DNA of 64,000 bases, taken from Octopus vulgaris (Eukaryota). The position numbers were made by a program, and so were the translations under genes. Location of the stretch: NCBI GenBank assembly GCA_951406725.2, contig OX597827.1:17918001-17982000 (forward strand), given 5' to 3'. Shown here piece by piece: positions 1 to 12,099 of this stretch. The first letter of the stretch is position 1, and every line of letters begins with the position of its first letter. The notes under the pieces were generated by a model that searched no databases, had not been told where the DNA came from, and saw only the letters and a program-made list of their open reading frames with translations.

Positions 1-185
1 ATACATTTGCACAAACACATGCATGTAGACACACACACATATATATATATGTGTGTGTTTATATATATATATATATAGGAATATGTACTTACATACAAGT
101 CGACGCTATATATATTATATGTAGAAAAATACATATATATATTATATGTAGAAAAAAAAAGAATATATATATATATATATGTGTA

Positions 186-344
<159 letters not shown>

Positions 345-508
345 GTATATATATATATGGGTGGGAAGGGACTGGTGACACAAGCTTTCATTCATACTTT
401 GAATCTGGTGATACTAGCTGTGGCTTCTAGCTCGCTCTGATACTGAGTTGAGTTGGTGCCTTCTAGTATCTCAAAATTCAATATTCAATCATTCATGATT
501 GTTTGTAT

Positions 509-600
509 CCTGCGCTGATGAAAGAAGAAGTCTGGGTAAAGTAGAGTTATCTAATTCTTATGCTTTCCTAAGACTTGATCTCGAAACGTACGTCCGTAGG
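509..600 (+). ncRNA. Type I hammerhead ribozyme motif (PLE-type)
   Basis: cctgcg-CUGAUGA-long stem II (aagtct...agactt)-GAAAC-gtac-GUC-cgtagg; stem I closes; palindromic minimal stem III; within a ~420 bp island between two (TA)n tracts. Confidence 0.8.
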
Positions 601-787
601 TGACTTAAAACTGTATGATAGATTGCCGTTAATTCATTCTCTCTTACCTGCTTGTGTTTGCCTTTCAAGTGCTGTGTCTTTACTGTGATCTCCCTTTTAG
701 TAGAAGAAATAGCTATAATCTCTTTGACTGCTATTTCTAAATTCGGTGTGTGGTAAGGCAATTCGTTGCTAAACCCTTAATTGCTTA

Positions 788-989
<202 letters not shown>

Positions 990-1003
990 TTATATATATA
1001 TTA

Positions 1004-1237
1004 AGGCGGCGAGCTGGCAGAAACGTTAGCACGCCGAGCGAAATGCGTAGCCGTATTTCGTCTGCCGTTATGTTCTGAGTTCAAATTCCACCGAGGTCAA
1101 CTTTGCCTTTCATCCTTTCGGGGTCGATAAATTAAGTACCAGTTACCCACTGGGGTCGATGTAATCGACTTAATACCTATGTCTGTCCTTGTTTGTCCCC
1201 TCTGTGTTTAGCCCCTTGTGGGTAATAAAGAAATAGG
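1004..1237 (+). mobile_element. tRNA-derived SINE family A (central domain gcctttcatcctttcggggtcgataaattaagtacc)
   Basis: Multiple near-identical copies in the window; central block resembles the Meta/MESC SINE domain (from memory). Confidence 0.85.
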
Positions 1238-1589
1238 TACTGAGTTGTCAAACATTTAAACCAAAGTTTCTGAAAACAACTTGTCTCACCATCCAATAGG
1301 CCTCCCCTTTGAGAAACACTGATTTAACCTAAATTTGAGACACCAGAAAAAAAACAAAGATTGACTTTTTTTCTATTCCAAAGAAAAACGATTTTATTTA
1401 CACAAATATACAACCGAAGAGTTTAAAGTACCAGTAATGATAAGGCTGTTGACTGGGAGAACACAAACATGGTTTAAACAGTAAGCTTGGCAGGAAAGAA
1501 ACCTGCCTTTAAGCAGTACAAAAACAACATAAAATGGAAGGTACAGTTATGTACAGGTTGACGGAAGAAAAGCAGGACAAAAACAGCTT

Positions 1590-1759
1590 TATCGATCGCA
1601 TTCTCACCTGGAATCGAATCTTGTAACTTTTTCAAGACTTATACACGCCCTGATACCGTCGGTACCTACATATCAAATTTGAGCGCAATCGGATTGAGGA
1701 TGCCCCAGATCCTAGAAGACACACACACAGACAGACAGAACGGATTTTATATAATAGAT
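1590..1759 (-). mobile_element. 5' fragment of a Helitron-like non-autonomous element
   Basis: Minus strand begins a|tctattatataaaa followed by (gtct)n, as in the Helitron at 55009-55403; 3' end not found. Confidence 0.5.
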
Positions 1760-1877
1760 ATGTACATCTGTATGCTGTCTATACACTGTGATGCTCTGCT
1801 ATTGTAGCGAAATAAAACTATTCAATTTATAAGGGGTGTATATGTGTATTAGCATGTATATATGCGCACATAAGTAT

Positions 1878-1922
<45 letters not shown>

Positions 1923-1930
<8 letters not shown>

Positions 1931-2124
1931 TTCATACCGAAGACATGACACGATGTAGGTAAAGAACTTTGAGAATTTGAAAAGTTTACGCGAAACCGGT
2001 TTTTCTCCAAAAACAATGTTACTATACACAAAATTTTATAACATTTTTCTAACATAACGACTTAAACATATTCTTTAACCTTATAAAACAAGCCTTCTGT
2101 AGTTTTTTCACTCTCTTCTATTTT

Positions 2125-2221
<97 letters not shown>

Positions 2222-2630
2222 CATACATACATATACGTATATTGTTTAATCAGTTTATTACCTATCACTACCGCTAAACAAACATCTATAATCTGTGAAA
2301 TCTTTTTAAACAATTCACTAATTCACCGGAAAAAAAATTATTCTTTTATGAAGTGGCTTCAATTCTGGTGGAGCTTTTTGAACGATAATGAAAATCGATA
2401 ATTGATCAATTGATTAAGAAATTCTGCAGATGAAACTCATGCAACACTTCGACCAGAAGGCTTGTTTTATATGGTTAAAGAATATATTTAAGTCGTTATG
2501 TTAGAAAAATGTTATAAAATTTTGTGTATAGTAACATAGTTTTGGGAGAAAAATCGGTTTCGTGTAAACTTTTCAATTTCTCAAAGTTCTTTACCTACAT
2601 CATGTCATGTCTTCGTTATGAAGTGCATAT
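1923..2630. repeat. Inverted repeat (~177 bp arms 1923-2099 / 2454-2630), each arm with a U3-A8 hammerhead motif
   Basis: Arms are reverse complements with scattered substitutions, bounded by (TA)n; consensus gagaaa-UUGAAAA-gu uuac ac-GAAAC-cg-GUU-uuucuc at 1971-2007(+) and 2546-2582(-). Confidence 0.85.
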
Positions 2631-2974
2631 ATATATATATATATAAATCATCTACGAACTTCTTAAGAAGTAACCCAAGAAGTTATTTGCAATGAACAGC
2701 TTCTTTCAGAGTGTTTTGTTCTTTAGTTTCTATTTACCATACTTTAAAATATATTAATAGATGTTGACGGATTGAAAGATGATCACCGGAATCTCTCTAA
2801 GTTCACATCACTAGAAATTTAGAAAGCAATATTGTGCTAGTCTATGCCAATACGTTATTTAATGTATTAAATACACAGACACATACATACACACATACAC
2901 ACATACATACATATATATACTTATATATACATACATATATATATATATATGTATATATGTATATATATGTGTGT

Positions 2975-3014
<40 letters not shown>

Positions 3015-3016
3015 GT

Positions 3017-3325
3017 GTGTGGAGGCGCAATGGCCCAGTGGTTAGGGCAGCGGACTCGCGGTCGTAGGATCGCGGTTTCGTTTCCCAGACCGGGCGTTGT
3101 GAGTGTTTATTGAGCAAAAACGTCTAAAGCTTCACGAGGTTCCAGCAGGGGGGGTGGCGATCCCTGCTGTACTCTTTCGCCACAAATTTCTCTCACTCTT
3201 TCTTCTGTTGGCCTGCTCACTTAGCCAGCTGGGTGGAGTCATTTGAAGGCTAAAATAATGCGAAACGCATGGTGACCAGCAATGTGTAACAACATCTGTA
3301 AGCCTGGTCGGTCACGGTGATCACG

Positions 3326-3330
<5 letters not shown>
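3017..3330 (+). mobile_element. tRNA-derived SINE family C, tail type 1
   Basis: Pol III A/B-box-like head (tggcccagtggttagg...gtttcgtttcc); near-identical to 17325-17638. Confidence 0.85.
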
Positions 3331-3362
<32 letters not shown>

Positions 3363-3496
3363 CTAGCTGGAGGAGATGTCTTCCTGGGGCTACAAACTAC
3401 AGTAGCATCCACCCTTATGGGTTAGCCATATTCAAATGGCATATATGCATCACGATATGTTACCGCTACTGTTTATAACTCACTCTGAGATTTATC

Positions 3497-3555
<59 letters not shown>

Positions 3556-3806
3556 TCAGTCCTGGACCCAATATGCATGAGTCGAAAAGTATATTCAATA
3601 CGTCAAACATATTTGAAATATATAGATATATAAAAATGTATAGCGTAATCAATACATCAAAAATATACATATAAAAATATATAAATATACAGATATATAC
3701 CTTTCAAATATATTGAAAAAATAAATACATATATAGGTCGACTTACAGATAAAACAAACTCATAAAAAGAGTTTATAAGATAAAAAATTTGGGTTTTATT
3801 CATAAA

Positions 3807-3890
3807 CCTACAGCCGTTTCTGAGGGTCCGGTTGTCCAGTCACAAATGGATATGTACATCCATTTTTAGACACCACCCCCTTCATCAGGG
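3807..3890 (-). ncRNA. Hammerhead motif with long stem II
   Basis: Minus: cc-CUGAUGA-agggg...ccctca-GAAAC-ggct-GUA-gg; stem I only 2 bp; same layout as 34330-34448. Confidence 0.55.
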
Positions 3891-4019
3891 AACATAAATT
3901 TCTAAACAGGCTTACATGTACTGTGTGTTTCTTTTTATGACTTCGTTTTATAATCTGTAAGCCATCCTGTATGTGTATCTGTTTTTTCAATATACTTTTA
4001 ATGTATATAACTATAAATT

Positions 4020-4071
<52 letters not shown>

Positions 4072-4084
4072 CATATATATATAC

Positions 4085-4488
4085 TCTTTTACTCTTTTAC
4101 TCTTTTACTTGTTTCAGTCATTTAACTGCGGCCATGCTGGAGCACCGCCTTTAATCGAGCAACTCGAACCCGGGACTTATTCTTTTGTAAGCCCAGTACT
4201 TATTCTATCGGTCTCTTTTGCCGAACCGCTAAGTGACGGAGACGTAAACACACCAGCATCGGTTGTCAAGCAATGCTAGGAGGACAAACACACACACATA
4301 CACACATATATATATATACATATATACGACATGCTTCTTTCAGTTTCCGTCTACCAAATCCACTCACAAGGCATTGGTCGGCCCGGGGCTATAGCAGAAG
4401 ACACTTGCCCAAGATGCCACACAGTGGGACTGAACCCGGAACCATGTGGTTGGTTAGCAAGCTACTTACCACACAGACACTCCTGCGT
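4085..4488 (-). mobile_element. tRNA-derived SINE family B (CORE-like cttgggcaagtg)
   Basis: Full-length copy with internal (TA)/(TG) tract and (aaaagagt)n tail; more than 10 related copies in window. Confidence 0.9.
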
Positions 4489-4496
4489 CTCTCTCA

Positions 4497-4552
<56 letters not shown>

Positions 4553-4933
4553 ATGTGTTGATTACTCTATATAATTTTATGTATCAGTATATTTTTATAT
4601 TTTGATGTGTTGAATAAAATTTTGGAGAAACTCATGCATGTTGGGTCTAGGGATTAATAAATATAAATGTATATGTGAATTTGATTTACCTGAATTTGAT
4701 TCTCACTTCTGCATTATTCTAACGCCTTAGTTTTGAATATCTGGAGCACTTTAAAATGAATTCTATGCACTGGAGAAAATCTGTTTCCTTATAATCATAT
4801 TCATATATATATTAATATATACATACATGCATACATACATACATACATACATACATACATACATACATACATACATACGTACATATCAATCATTTTCTGT
4901 TAAAATGTCTTATTGACGACTTTCATTTCTTCA

Positions 4934-5020
4934 TTTCCCTGAAGAGAAGATTACATTGTTTTACACCATTTTATTTCTTTGGAATAATACCAGTGATATC
5001 TTCGAAACATGTGTCGGAAG
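4934..5020 (+). ncRNA. Type I hammerhead ribozyme motif
   Basis: tttcc-CUGAAGA-gaagattacattg...cagtgatatcttc-GAAAC-atgt-GUC-ggaag; all three stems form. Confidence 0.8.
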
Positions 5021-5526
5021 TAAAAGAATTTGAATAACACCTGCGTTTAACTCCATTTATTTATTTATATATATTATACAAAATATTTCACGTAAACCCG
5101 AAGTTGCTACCTTTAAAAACAAGGAGTTACAACCTTTTTACTTGTGTGATTTTTTGCTAACCTGGTAACTATTTATATATTGTTTCCGTGTTAACTGTTA
5201 ATAAGGGTAAAATACACACATCTATTTATATATATATCTTTCGGTTTTGGCTCCACTATAATCCCAGTTAAGTTTCGGTTAGGTAACGAAAAACAATTAG
5301 AGACATTTTTTTAGGATAATCCACAACGCACTTTTCCCCCAATTGAATTCAATACAAATTACTTGGTAGTTGAATGGAGAAAGGTTTCGGTAGCAAAGCA
5401 TTTATGTGAAGGAAAGTCTTATTCAATTTTCAAACCACCCACGTCAACATCATCACCATTTCATTCTATGTCTGTCAGGCTGAAACTCGTACGATATTTC
5501 AAAAATAACAATACAAGAATACCTAT

Positions 5527-6235
5527 ATGAGTGAATGAGTGAGTGAGTCAGTCAGTAAGTGAGTGAGGGAGGGAGGGAGTGAATAAGTGAGTGAGCGAGT
5601 GAGTGAGTGAGTGAGTGAGTGAATGAGTGGGTGAGTGAGCGAATGAGTGAGTGAGTGTGTGAGTGAGTGAGTGAGTGAGTGAGTGAGTGAGTGAGTGAGG
5701 GAAGGAGGGAGAGAGTGACTGAATGAGTGAGTGAGTGAGTGAGTGAATGAAGGAGGGAGGGAGTGAGTAAGTGAGGGAGGGAGGGAGGGAATAAGTGAGT
5801 GATGAATGGGAGGGGGGAGTGAATGAGTGAGTAAGTGAGTGAGTGAGGGAAGGAGGGAAGGAGGGAAGGAGTGAGTGAGTGAGTGAATGAGTGAGTGAGT
5901 GAGTGAGTGAGTGAATGATTGAATGTGTGAGTGAGTGAATGATTGAGTGTGTGAGTGAGTGAGTGAGTGAGTGAAGGAGGGAAGGAGGGAGGGAGGGAGG
6001 GAGGGAGTGAGTGAGTGAATGAGTGAGTGAGTAAGTGAGTGTGTGAGTGAGTGTGGGAAGGAGTGAGTGAGTGAGGGAGAGAGGGAGGGAAGAAGGGAGG
6101 GAGGGAGTGAGTGAGTGAGTGAGTGAATGAGTGAGTGAGTGAGTGAGTGAGTGAGTGAGTGAATGAGTGAGTGAGTGAGTGAGTGAGTGAATGATTGAGT
6201 GTGTGAGTGAGTGAGGGAGGGTGTGGGATGGGGTG
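5527..6235 (+). repeat. Compound (GAGT)n/(GAGG)n microsatellite
   Basis: Direct reading; explains the SLTH-repeat ORFs. Confidence 0.95.
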
Positions 6236-6699
6236 TATGTCTTTGTCGGTGTGTGCTTGTGTCTTTGTGTCTTTGTGTATATGGTACGAATGCGTAGATT
6301 CAGAAACGTAATAATAAAACAAAAGTTACTGAAACATGAAAACAACAGCGAACAATGCAGCTAAGGTGTTTTTTTTTTTTATTTTCGGTGATAACAATAT
6401 CACCTGTAACGAGATCATTCCCAAGATACTTGTTGCCCACATTGATAATGCAACAACGTATATCCTCATTAGCAAACAACACATCTTGAAGATAAGATCG
6501 ACAAGAGTTAGCCAAGTTCGTCACAATTCTTTCATAGAAAAGATCAAACGCGAAACAGTCACATGTTCAATTTAACACGTTAAAAGATGTTCCATACAAA
6601 CACATATACACACACATATTTATATACAAATGTACGTGTGTGTATATAAACATGTATTTTTGTATATAGACACACAAATATAGTTATGTTCATATACAT

Positions 6700-7434
6700 A
6701 TGATGGTAAGTCAAAAGTTAAGTGCATTCTTACTTCTGTAACTTAATAAAACAAAAGCCTGGGTTGGACAGTGATATCATTTTTCGACAGTGTCTCCTTG
6801 ATTTTCGATTAAATTCGTCCCCAAAGTCCATCCCCATCCTCACCACGGTGGGGACGCTGACAACGGGTAGTGTCAGAGCTATGCCGTCGGGAACTTCGGT
6901 TCCTGGTAGGGCCACCCAAGGCGGATTGGTCTGACACCGAGTGGTATTAGGGTGAAAAATCCTCGGAGTGTCTGCTTCGGCAACCGGCGGCTCCTCGGTC
7001 GTTCTGTCCCTGCGTCTGCGGACAATCTGCGGCAAACAGGATGTCTCTACATGCGGTATTGTTGGGGACCGCTTGTGAAATTCATATTCCCATGGAACTT
7101 CTTCCACTGCCATGGTTCGAAATGCCTCGAGGGTGGTGGAAGAAGCCGACTCAACCCGCCCAGGGTGAATGTCGCCACAAGTAAGTAAGTAAGTAAGCGG
7201 CTCACAAGCTTGCTCGTTCCATCGGAGAAGATTTTTTACTGGTCATGCAGCCATTTATGCACAACAACCTACGCTTCTTCGTCCTCAGATACTTCCTAAA
7301 ATATATTTGAGCTATCAAAAGTGATGATAGTCGAAAGGAGTGAGACCGGGACTATATGCAGTTTGTTCCAACAATTTGAAGTACAATTTTCTAATTGTTT
7401 TGACGCTTTGGGCGGCCGTACGTTGGCGTACATT
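6700..7434 (-). pseudogene. Decayed mariner transposase C-terminus, interrupted by an RTE 3' end
   Basis: Minus translation ...LLEQTAYSPGLTPFDYHHF**LK...VVVHKWLHDQ...KLVSR / TNLIENQGDTVEK resembles mariner YSPDLAP.D...W.KC...GDY.EK; contains stops. Confidence 0.75.
6822..7197 (+). mobile_element. 3' end of a non-LTR retrotransposon (RTE-like) with (AGTA)n tail
   Basis: GC-richer block ending ...EEADSTRPG* then caagtaagtaagtaagtaag; splits the mariner coding sequence. Confidence 0.6.
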
Positions 7435-8140
7435 TTCCTACAATAACAGAAACAGTTCTTGCTTTAAGATGCCATAGCTTTTGTATTTCAATTTCCAGGT
7501 CCTTATATTTACTTAATTGGTCAAATTCCTTTAGATATATTTTTATCAGTCGGTACACTTACATCTATTAGTCTACAAGTATTTTCTTCCAAGCCTTTAA
7601 TGACTATGTCTGGTCGATTAGCCTGGTTAGTTCTGTCGGTGTTGACTGGAAAATCTCAGAGGAGAGTGACATTTTTACCTTCAACGAATGTCTCCGATAC
7701 ATTGTCATCTGCTGGTATTGATACATCGATTAAAAGGCTGCTTTTTTCTTGGTGATCTCTGACGACTACATCAAGTCTATTGATTTCTCTATCTGTATGT
7801 GTCGGCATGATTGCTCTGTCATTTTCTGATACTTTTTTCTGGAATGTGCCAATACCATCTTTTTTTTTTTGTTGTCATTCTATAGTGTTGGCATAGATTC
7901 TGGTGTATATAGGTCCTAACTCTGTCGTGTCTGTGGATATATTCCTTCTTAGACAGAACTGATTAGCCAGAGAGAATATGATTCATTGTTTATCCCCATC
8001 ACCACATATTCTGCAATTACTTGTATTTATATATTTATGGTTTTCATTGTGCGTTTCTGGTGATTTCTGGTGGGGAGGCTTTGGTCTTGTGCTGCAGTTA
8101 AAAACCCTTCAGTTTCTGCTTTGAGTCCTGAGCTTCTCAG
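7435..8140 (-). pseudogene. R4/Dong-like LINE: CCHC and RLE endonuclease remnants (two tandem RLE segments)
   Basis: ANRPDIVIK...LIDVSVP...LSKYKDLEIEI and a second NRLDVVVRD...LLIDVSIP; homologous to ORF 53728-54408. Confidence 0.8.
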
Positions 8141-8169
8141 TCTTTGTTTACATTTTACTTTGTTTATTT

Positions 8170-8583
8170 CTTTTCTACTTTTTTACTTGTTTCAGTCATT
8201 TGACTGCGGCCATGCTGGAGCACCGCCTTTAGTCGAGCAAATCGACCCCAGGACTTATTCTTTGTAAGCCTAGTACCTATTCTATCAGTTTTTCTTTTGC
8301 CGAACCGCTAAGTTACGGGGACGTAAACACACCAGCATCGGTTGTCAAGTGATGTTGGGGTGGGGGGACAAACACACACACATAAACATATACACACACT
8401 CATGCATATATATATACATATATACGACGGGCTTCTTTCAGTTTCCGTCAACCAAATCCACTCACAAGGCTTTGGTCGGCCCGAGGTTATAGTAGAAGAC
8501 ACTTGCCCAAGGTTCCACGCAGTGGGATCGAACCCGGGACCATATGGTTGGTAAACAAGCAACTTGCCACACAGCCACTCCTA
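8170..8583 (-). mobile_element. SINE family B inserted in the LINE
   Basis: Full-length match to other B copies. Confidence 0.9.
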
Positions 8584-8584
8584 G

Positions 8585-9797
8585 CTTCACTCAATATATG
8601 CCATGTAGAGGCTTTTCTTGCCATCGTTTTATCATGATAATTTGTTGTTCCAATTTGGGCTTGGATTTCAGTTGTTTTACATCTTTTGTTGTTTCTTCCT
8701 TATCTTCATAGTAATCAGGTTTCTTGTACTTTTCAGCTTCTTTAAAGACAGAAAGCAGTTTTTTTTTGTTTTGCTCGTGTTTTGTGAATATTTGTATCAG
8801 TTTTCCTTGCTTCAGAGTTAGGTATTTCTGAAATCTTATAGTGATTGTTTTATAATAAAGTCTGCCATTATTTTCCTTGTTTTCCTGTCTAGTTTGATTA
8901 GTTCATTTAGAATCCAATTAAGAATATTGGTGCTGTAACTTATAACTGGAACAGCTAGGATATTGATACCTATTATCTTATTTTTTGCATTAAGCTCTGT
9001 TCTCAGTACTAATCTTATTCGTCTATAGTATTCCTTTCTTATCTTCTCTTTCATTTGTGTGTGTTGTACCGTATCTAGGTCATTGCTTCCTTAGTATTTG
9101 TATGTCTGGCTTTGGTCTAATTCTCTTATTTCATTAGCTTTATCTAGTGTGATATTGTTACCCTTAACTAGTTTTCCTTTTTTAAGGTTGCTTTGGCACA
9201 ATTTTCTAAACCGAATTTCATGTTTATTTCTTTGATAAATCCATGCACTGTCCATAGTAATGTTTCCAGCTGTTTGTTATTTGTAAAATAAAGTTTTAGA
9301 TCATCCATATATAAGAGACGGTTGATTGTTTTACCGTAACAGTTGTATCCACATCTAGTTCTGTTTAGTATGTCAGTTAAAGACGTCAGTGCCAATCAGA
9401 AAAGAAGTGGAGATAAAGTGTCTCCCTGGAATAGTCCTCTCCTAATGGGGATGAAGCTGCAACACTGTTTGCCATTTATTCATGGAATGTTTTATATATA
9501 TTTTATTATTATCCATGGCTACCTTATCCATGGCTAACTTATCCATGGCTAACTTATCCATGGCTAACTTATCCATGGCTAACTTATCCATGGCTAACTT
9601 ATCCATGGCTAACTTATCCATTGCTAGTCAAAAGCTTACCGTCAAAAATCTTTTGATCATCGATCCCAACCATACTTAGACCTTTCTTTTGCTTTAGGCT
9701 GTCTTCAGTTATGGCCTTATTGATCAATAACTGATCTTTACAACTATATGAGCCCTTGCCGCATCTCTTCTACTCTTCTGGAAACAAGTTGGTTTTA
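8585..9797 (-). pseudogene. R4/Dong-like LINE reverse transcriptase remnant
   Basis: LLYMDDLKLY, MKFGLENCA, KEYYRRIRLVLRTELNAKNKI, CKDQLLINKAI; frameshifted and interrupted by a minisatellite. Confidence 0.85.
9508..9621 (+). repeat. 15-bp tandem repeat (ttatccatggctaac) x~7
   Basis: Direct reading. Confidence 0.95.
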
Positions 9798-10110
9798 TCC
9801 AGATGTTTTCCTATTCTCTACGAAATTAATGAAGAGAACAACCTTCTCCGGAAGGCAAAAAGAAGAATATTTTATAAGATTTCTGAATTCGAAACTAAAC
9901 CGGAAATAGTCAACAACAATTTTACTGAAAACGACTTTCCCTATATATAATAATACGTGCCTGAAAACGTTAAGAAGTGAAAGCGCTTGCACATTTATAT
10001 AAATAATGCCTACTCACATTGTGTGAAATCTCTTCCCAAAAAGTTAGTGTTTTTCGACTTTCTAAAAAGGTTCTTTTCTCAATCTTTACTCTTTGAGAAA
10101 AGATCTTCTC
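9798..10110 (+). mobile_element. Penelope-like element 3' end: GIY-YIG C-terminus plus degenerate hammerhead (9957-9992)
   Basis: FPILYEINEENNLLRKAK/EEYFIRFLNSKLNRK* (one frameshift) fits the PLE endonuclease tail R..KE..FI.....LN; then gtgc-CUGAAAA-...-GAAA-gcgc-UU-gcac. Confidence 0.65.
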
Positions 10111-10994
10111 TCCAAATATATATATAATTAAATAAGGGTATTTTAAATTAAAAAAATGTTCTCTATCCGGTAAATTAACTGCTGTAGTTTATTAACTGCA
10201 GAGTAATTTCCGATCTCAGCGCGCCAAAGTGAAGGCATTTAAAAGCTACACATAAACACAATTTGCGGAACTATATACAATGCTGGATTTCGGTCGAGCG
10301 CCCTGTATCTAGTTCTGGAAATTGTGTTTCGCAAACGACAGACTATGCTGATGATCTTGAAGATGTTTATGTATTCATATACGTAAATTATTAACAAGTG
10401 AAACTAATTAGTATATAAGTAATCGTTTTTTTTTATTGTGTATATTTCCATTTGTCTTGGTTATTTTTACGCTTTGGTTTTTTGCTGAATTTTTTCTTGA
10501 GAACACACTCTCCGTGGAAAATGGCGATTTTGACGTCTATATCTAGCATACAGGCTGTCCACTTTTAGTGGTCAATCCTCTAAATTTTGTATATATATAT
10601 ATATATAGGCATGGCATATATGTTAACATATACAAGCACACACTGGCAGTATTCTTTTCTATCGCATATTTCAGAAACGTTCGACGATAATTTTATAATG
10701 AATAGACAAGGTAATTGACTTTCCACCCTGAAGCTTCCTAAACTGTAATCGTAAAATGTTATACGTCCCTTTAATCAGTGGCGTCTAAGATGGTAGCCTT
10801 TAAATAAATAGCATGGATGCTTCTGATCAAAGAAATCCAAATGACAGTTCGTAGCATGTCAGTAAAAGAAATAATTGCCCGATATTCAATATGTATAAAT
10901 TTGTATGTATAATAATATATTTATACACACACGCACTCACTCACAAACACACACAAATGTGCATGTAGAAATGTGTGTATATGCACGTAGATAT

Positions 10995-11202
10995 ATACTT
11001 TATTTAAAAGCAGCAGAAATTCAACAAAACCTGTTACTCGGAGTTTCACGTTCCCGTTAGTCGGACAGGAACGGGAACGTGAAACTCCGAGTGACAGGTT
11101 TTGTTGAATTTCTGCTGCTTTTAACTAAAGCATATTACTCTACCCCTGGTATTTGAGTACTCTTTTTTCCACCTTGTTTCACATTTATGTGTTTACTCAG
11201 GT
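10995..11202. mobile_element. Hairpin PLE-terminal remnant (arms 10995-11059 / 11070-11134) with hammerhead-like motif
   Basis: Minus 11031-11068: ctgt-CCGACUA-acg ggaa cgt-GAAAC-tccga-GUA-acag; second family member at 62718-62790. Confidence 0.75.
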
Positions 11203-11318
11203 ATGTATATATATATATATATATATACACTCATGCGCGCATATATATGTATATCAATCTATATGTATGTTCATGTATTAAAACATATTTGTCATTATAA
11301 TATATTATATGGGATTAT

Positions 11319-11645
11319 GTGTGAAGGCGCGTGAATTAGTCGTTAGGGGCATTCGGTTCATGATCGTAAGGTCGTGAGTTCAATTCCCGGCGGCTCGTTG
11401 TGTCCTTGAGCAAGACATTTTATTTCACGTTGCTCCAGTTAACTCAGCTGGCAAAAATGAGTTGTACCTGTATTTCAAAGGGCTAGCCTTGTCCCACTCT
11501 GTGTGACGCTGAATCTCCCCGAGAACTACGTTAAGGGTACACGTGTCAGTGGAGTGCTCAGCCTCTTGCACGTTAATTTCACGAGCAAGCTGTTCCGTTG
11601 ATCGTATCAGCTGGGACCCTCGTCGTCGCAACCGACGGAGTGCTT
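11319..11645 (+). mobile_element. tRNA-derived SINE family D
   Basis: Head gaaggcgcgtg...gagttcaattccc, tgtccttgagcaagac; copies at 24702 and 56840. Confidence 0.85.
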
Positions 11646-11692
11646 CTGTAGGATTATATGTACATGTGTGTATTTGTACGTATATACGTTCT

Positions 11693-11761
<69 letters not shown>

Positions 11762-11765
<4 letters not shown>

Positions 11766-12059
11766 AAATGAAGAAAATGCTGACAAAATAATTTAAGTAA
11801 GGGAGAGTGTATTTAATTAGGTGAAAGTTCTTTTTACCGGTTGCGCATTTTTTCTCTTATCTGATAAGAGAAAAAAATCAATCAGAAAGGAACTCTATCT
11901 CACTCAAAATATCTTTTGATAAGCATAACAAATGCGCAACCGGTAAAAAGAACTTTCACCTAATTAAATACACTCTCCCTTACTTAAATTATTTTGTCAG
12001 CATTTTCTTCATTTCCTTTTTTTTTATATATCACAACTCGTGTTCCACATCTCCTTTTT

Positions 12060-12060
<1 letters not shown>
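11762..12060. mobile_element. Hairpin element (arms 11762-11850 / 11930-12018) between (TA)n tracts, with degenerate U3-A8 hammerhead
   Basis: ~89 bp essentially perfect inverted repeat; tctt-UUGAUAA-gcat aacaa atgc-GCAAC-cg-GUA-aaaaga at ~11912-11951. Confidence 0.75.

Positions 12061-12099
<39 letters not shown>

Noticed and set aside
2757-2846. Additional hammerhead candidates (also ~3361, ~16060, ~26950, ~36705)
   Set aside because: Too many core or stem defects to separate from chance
3017-3095. tRNA gene in SINE heads (also families A, B, D)
   Set aside because: No complete cloverleaf evident; each head continues into a SINE body
6300-6575. Non-repetitive ORFs on both strands
   Set aside because: No recognisable domain and no convincing splice-site pair
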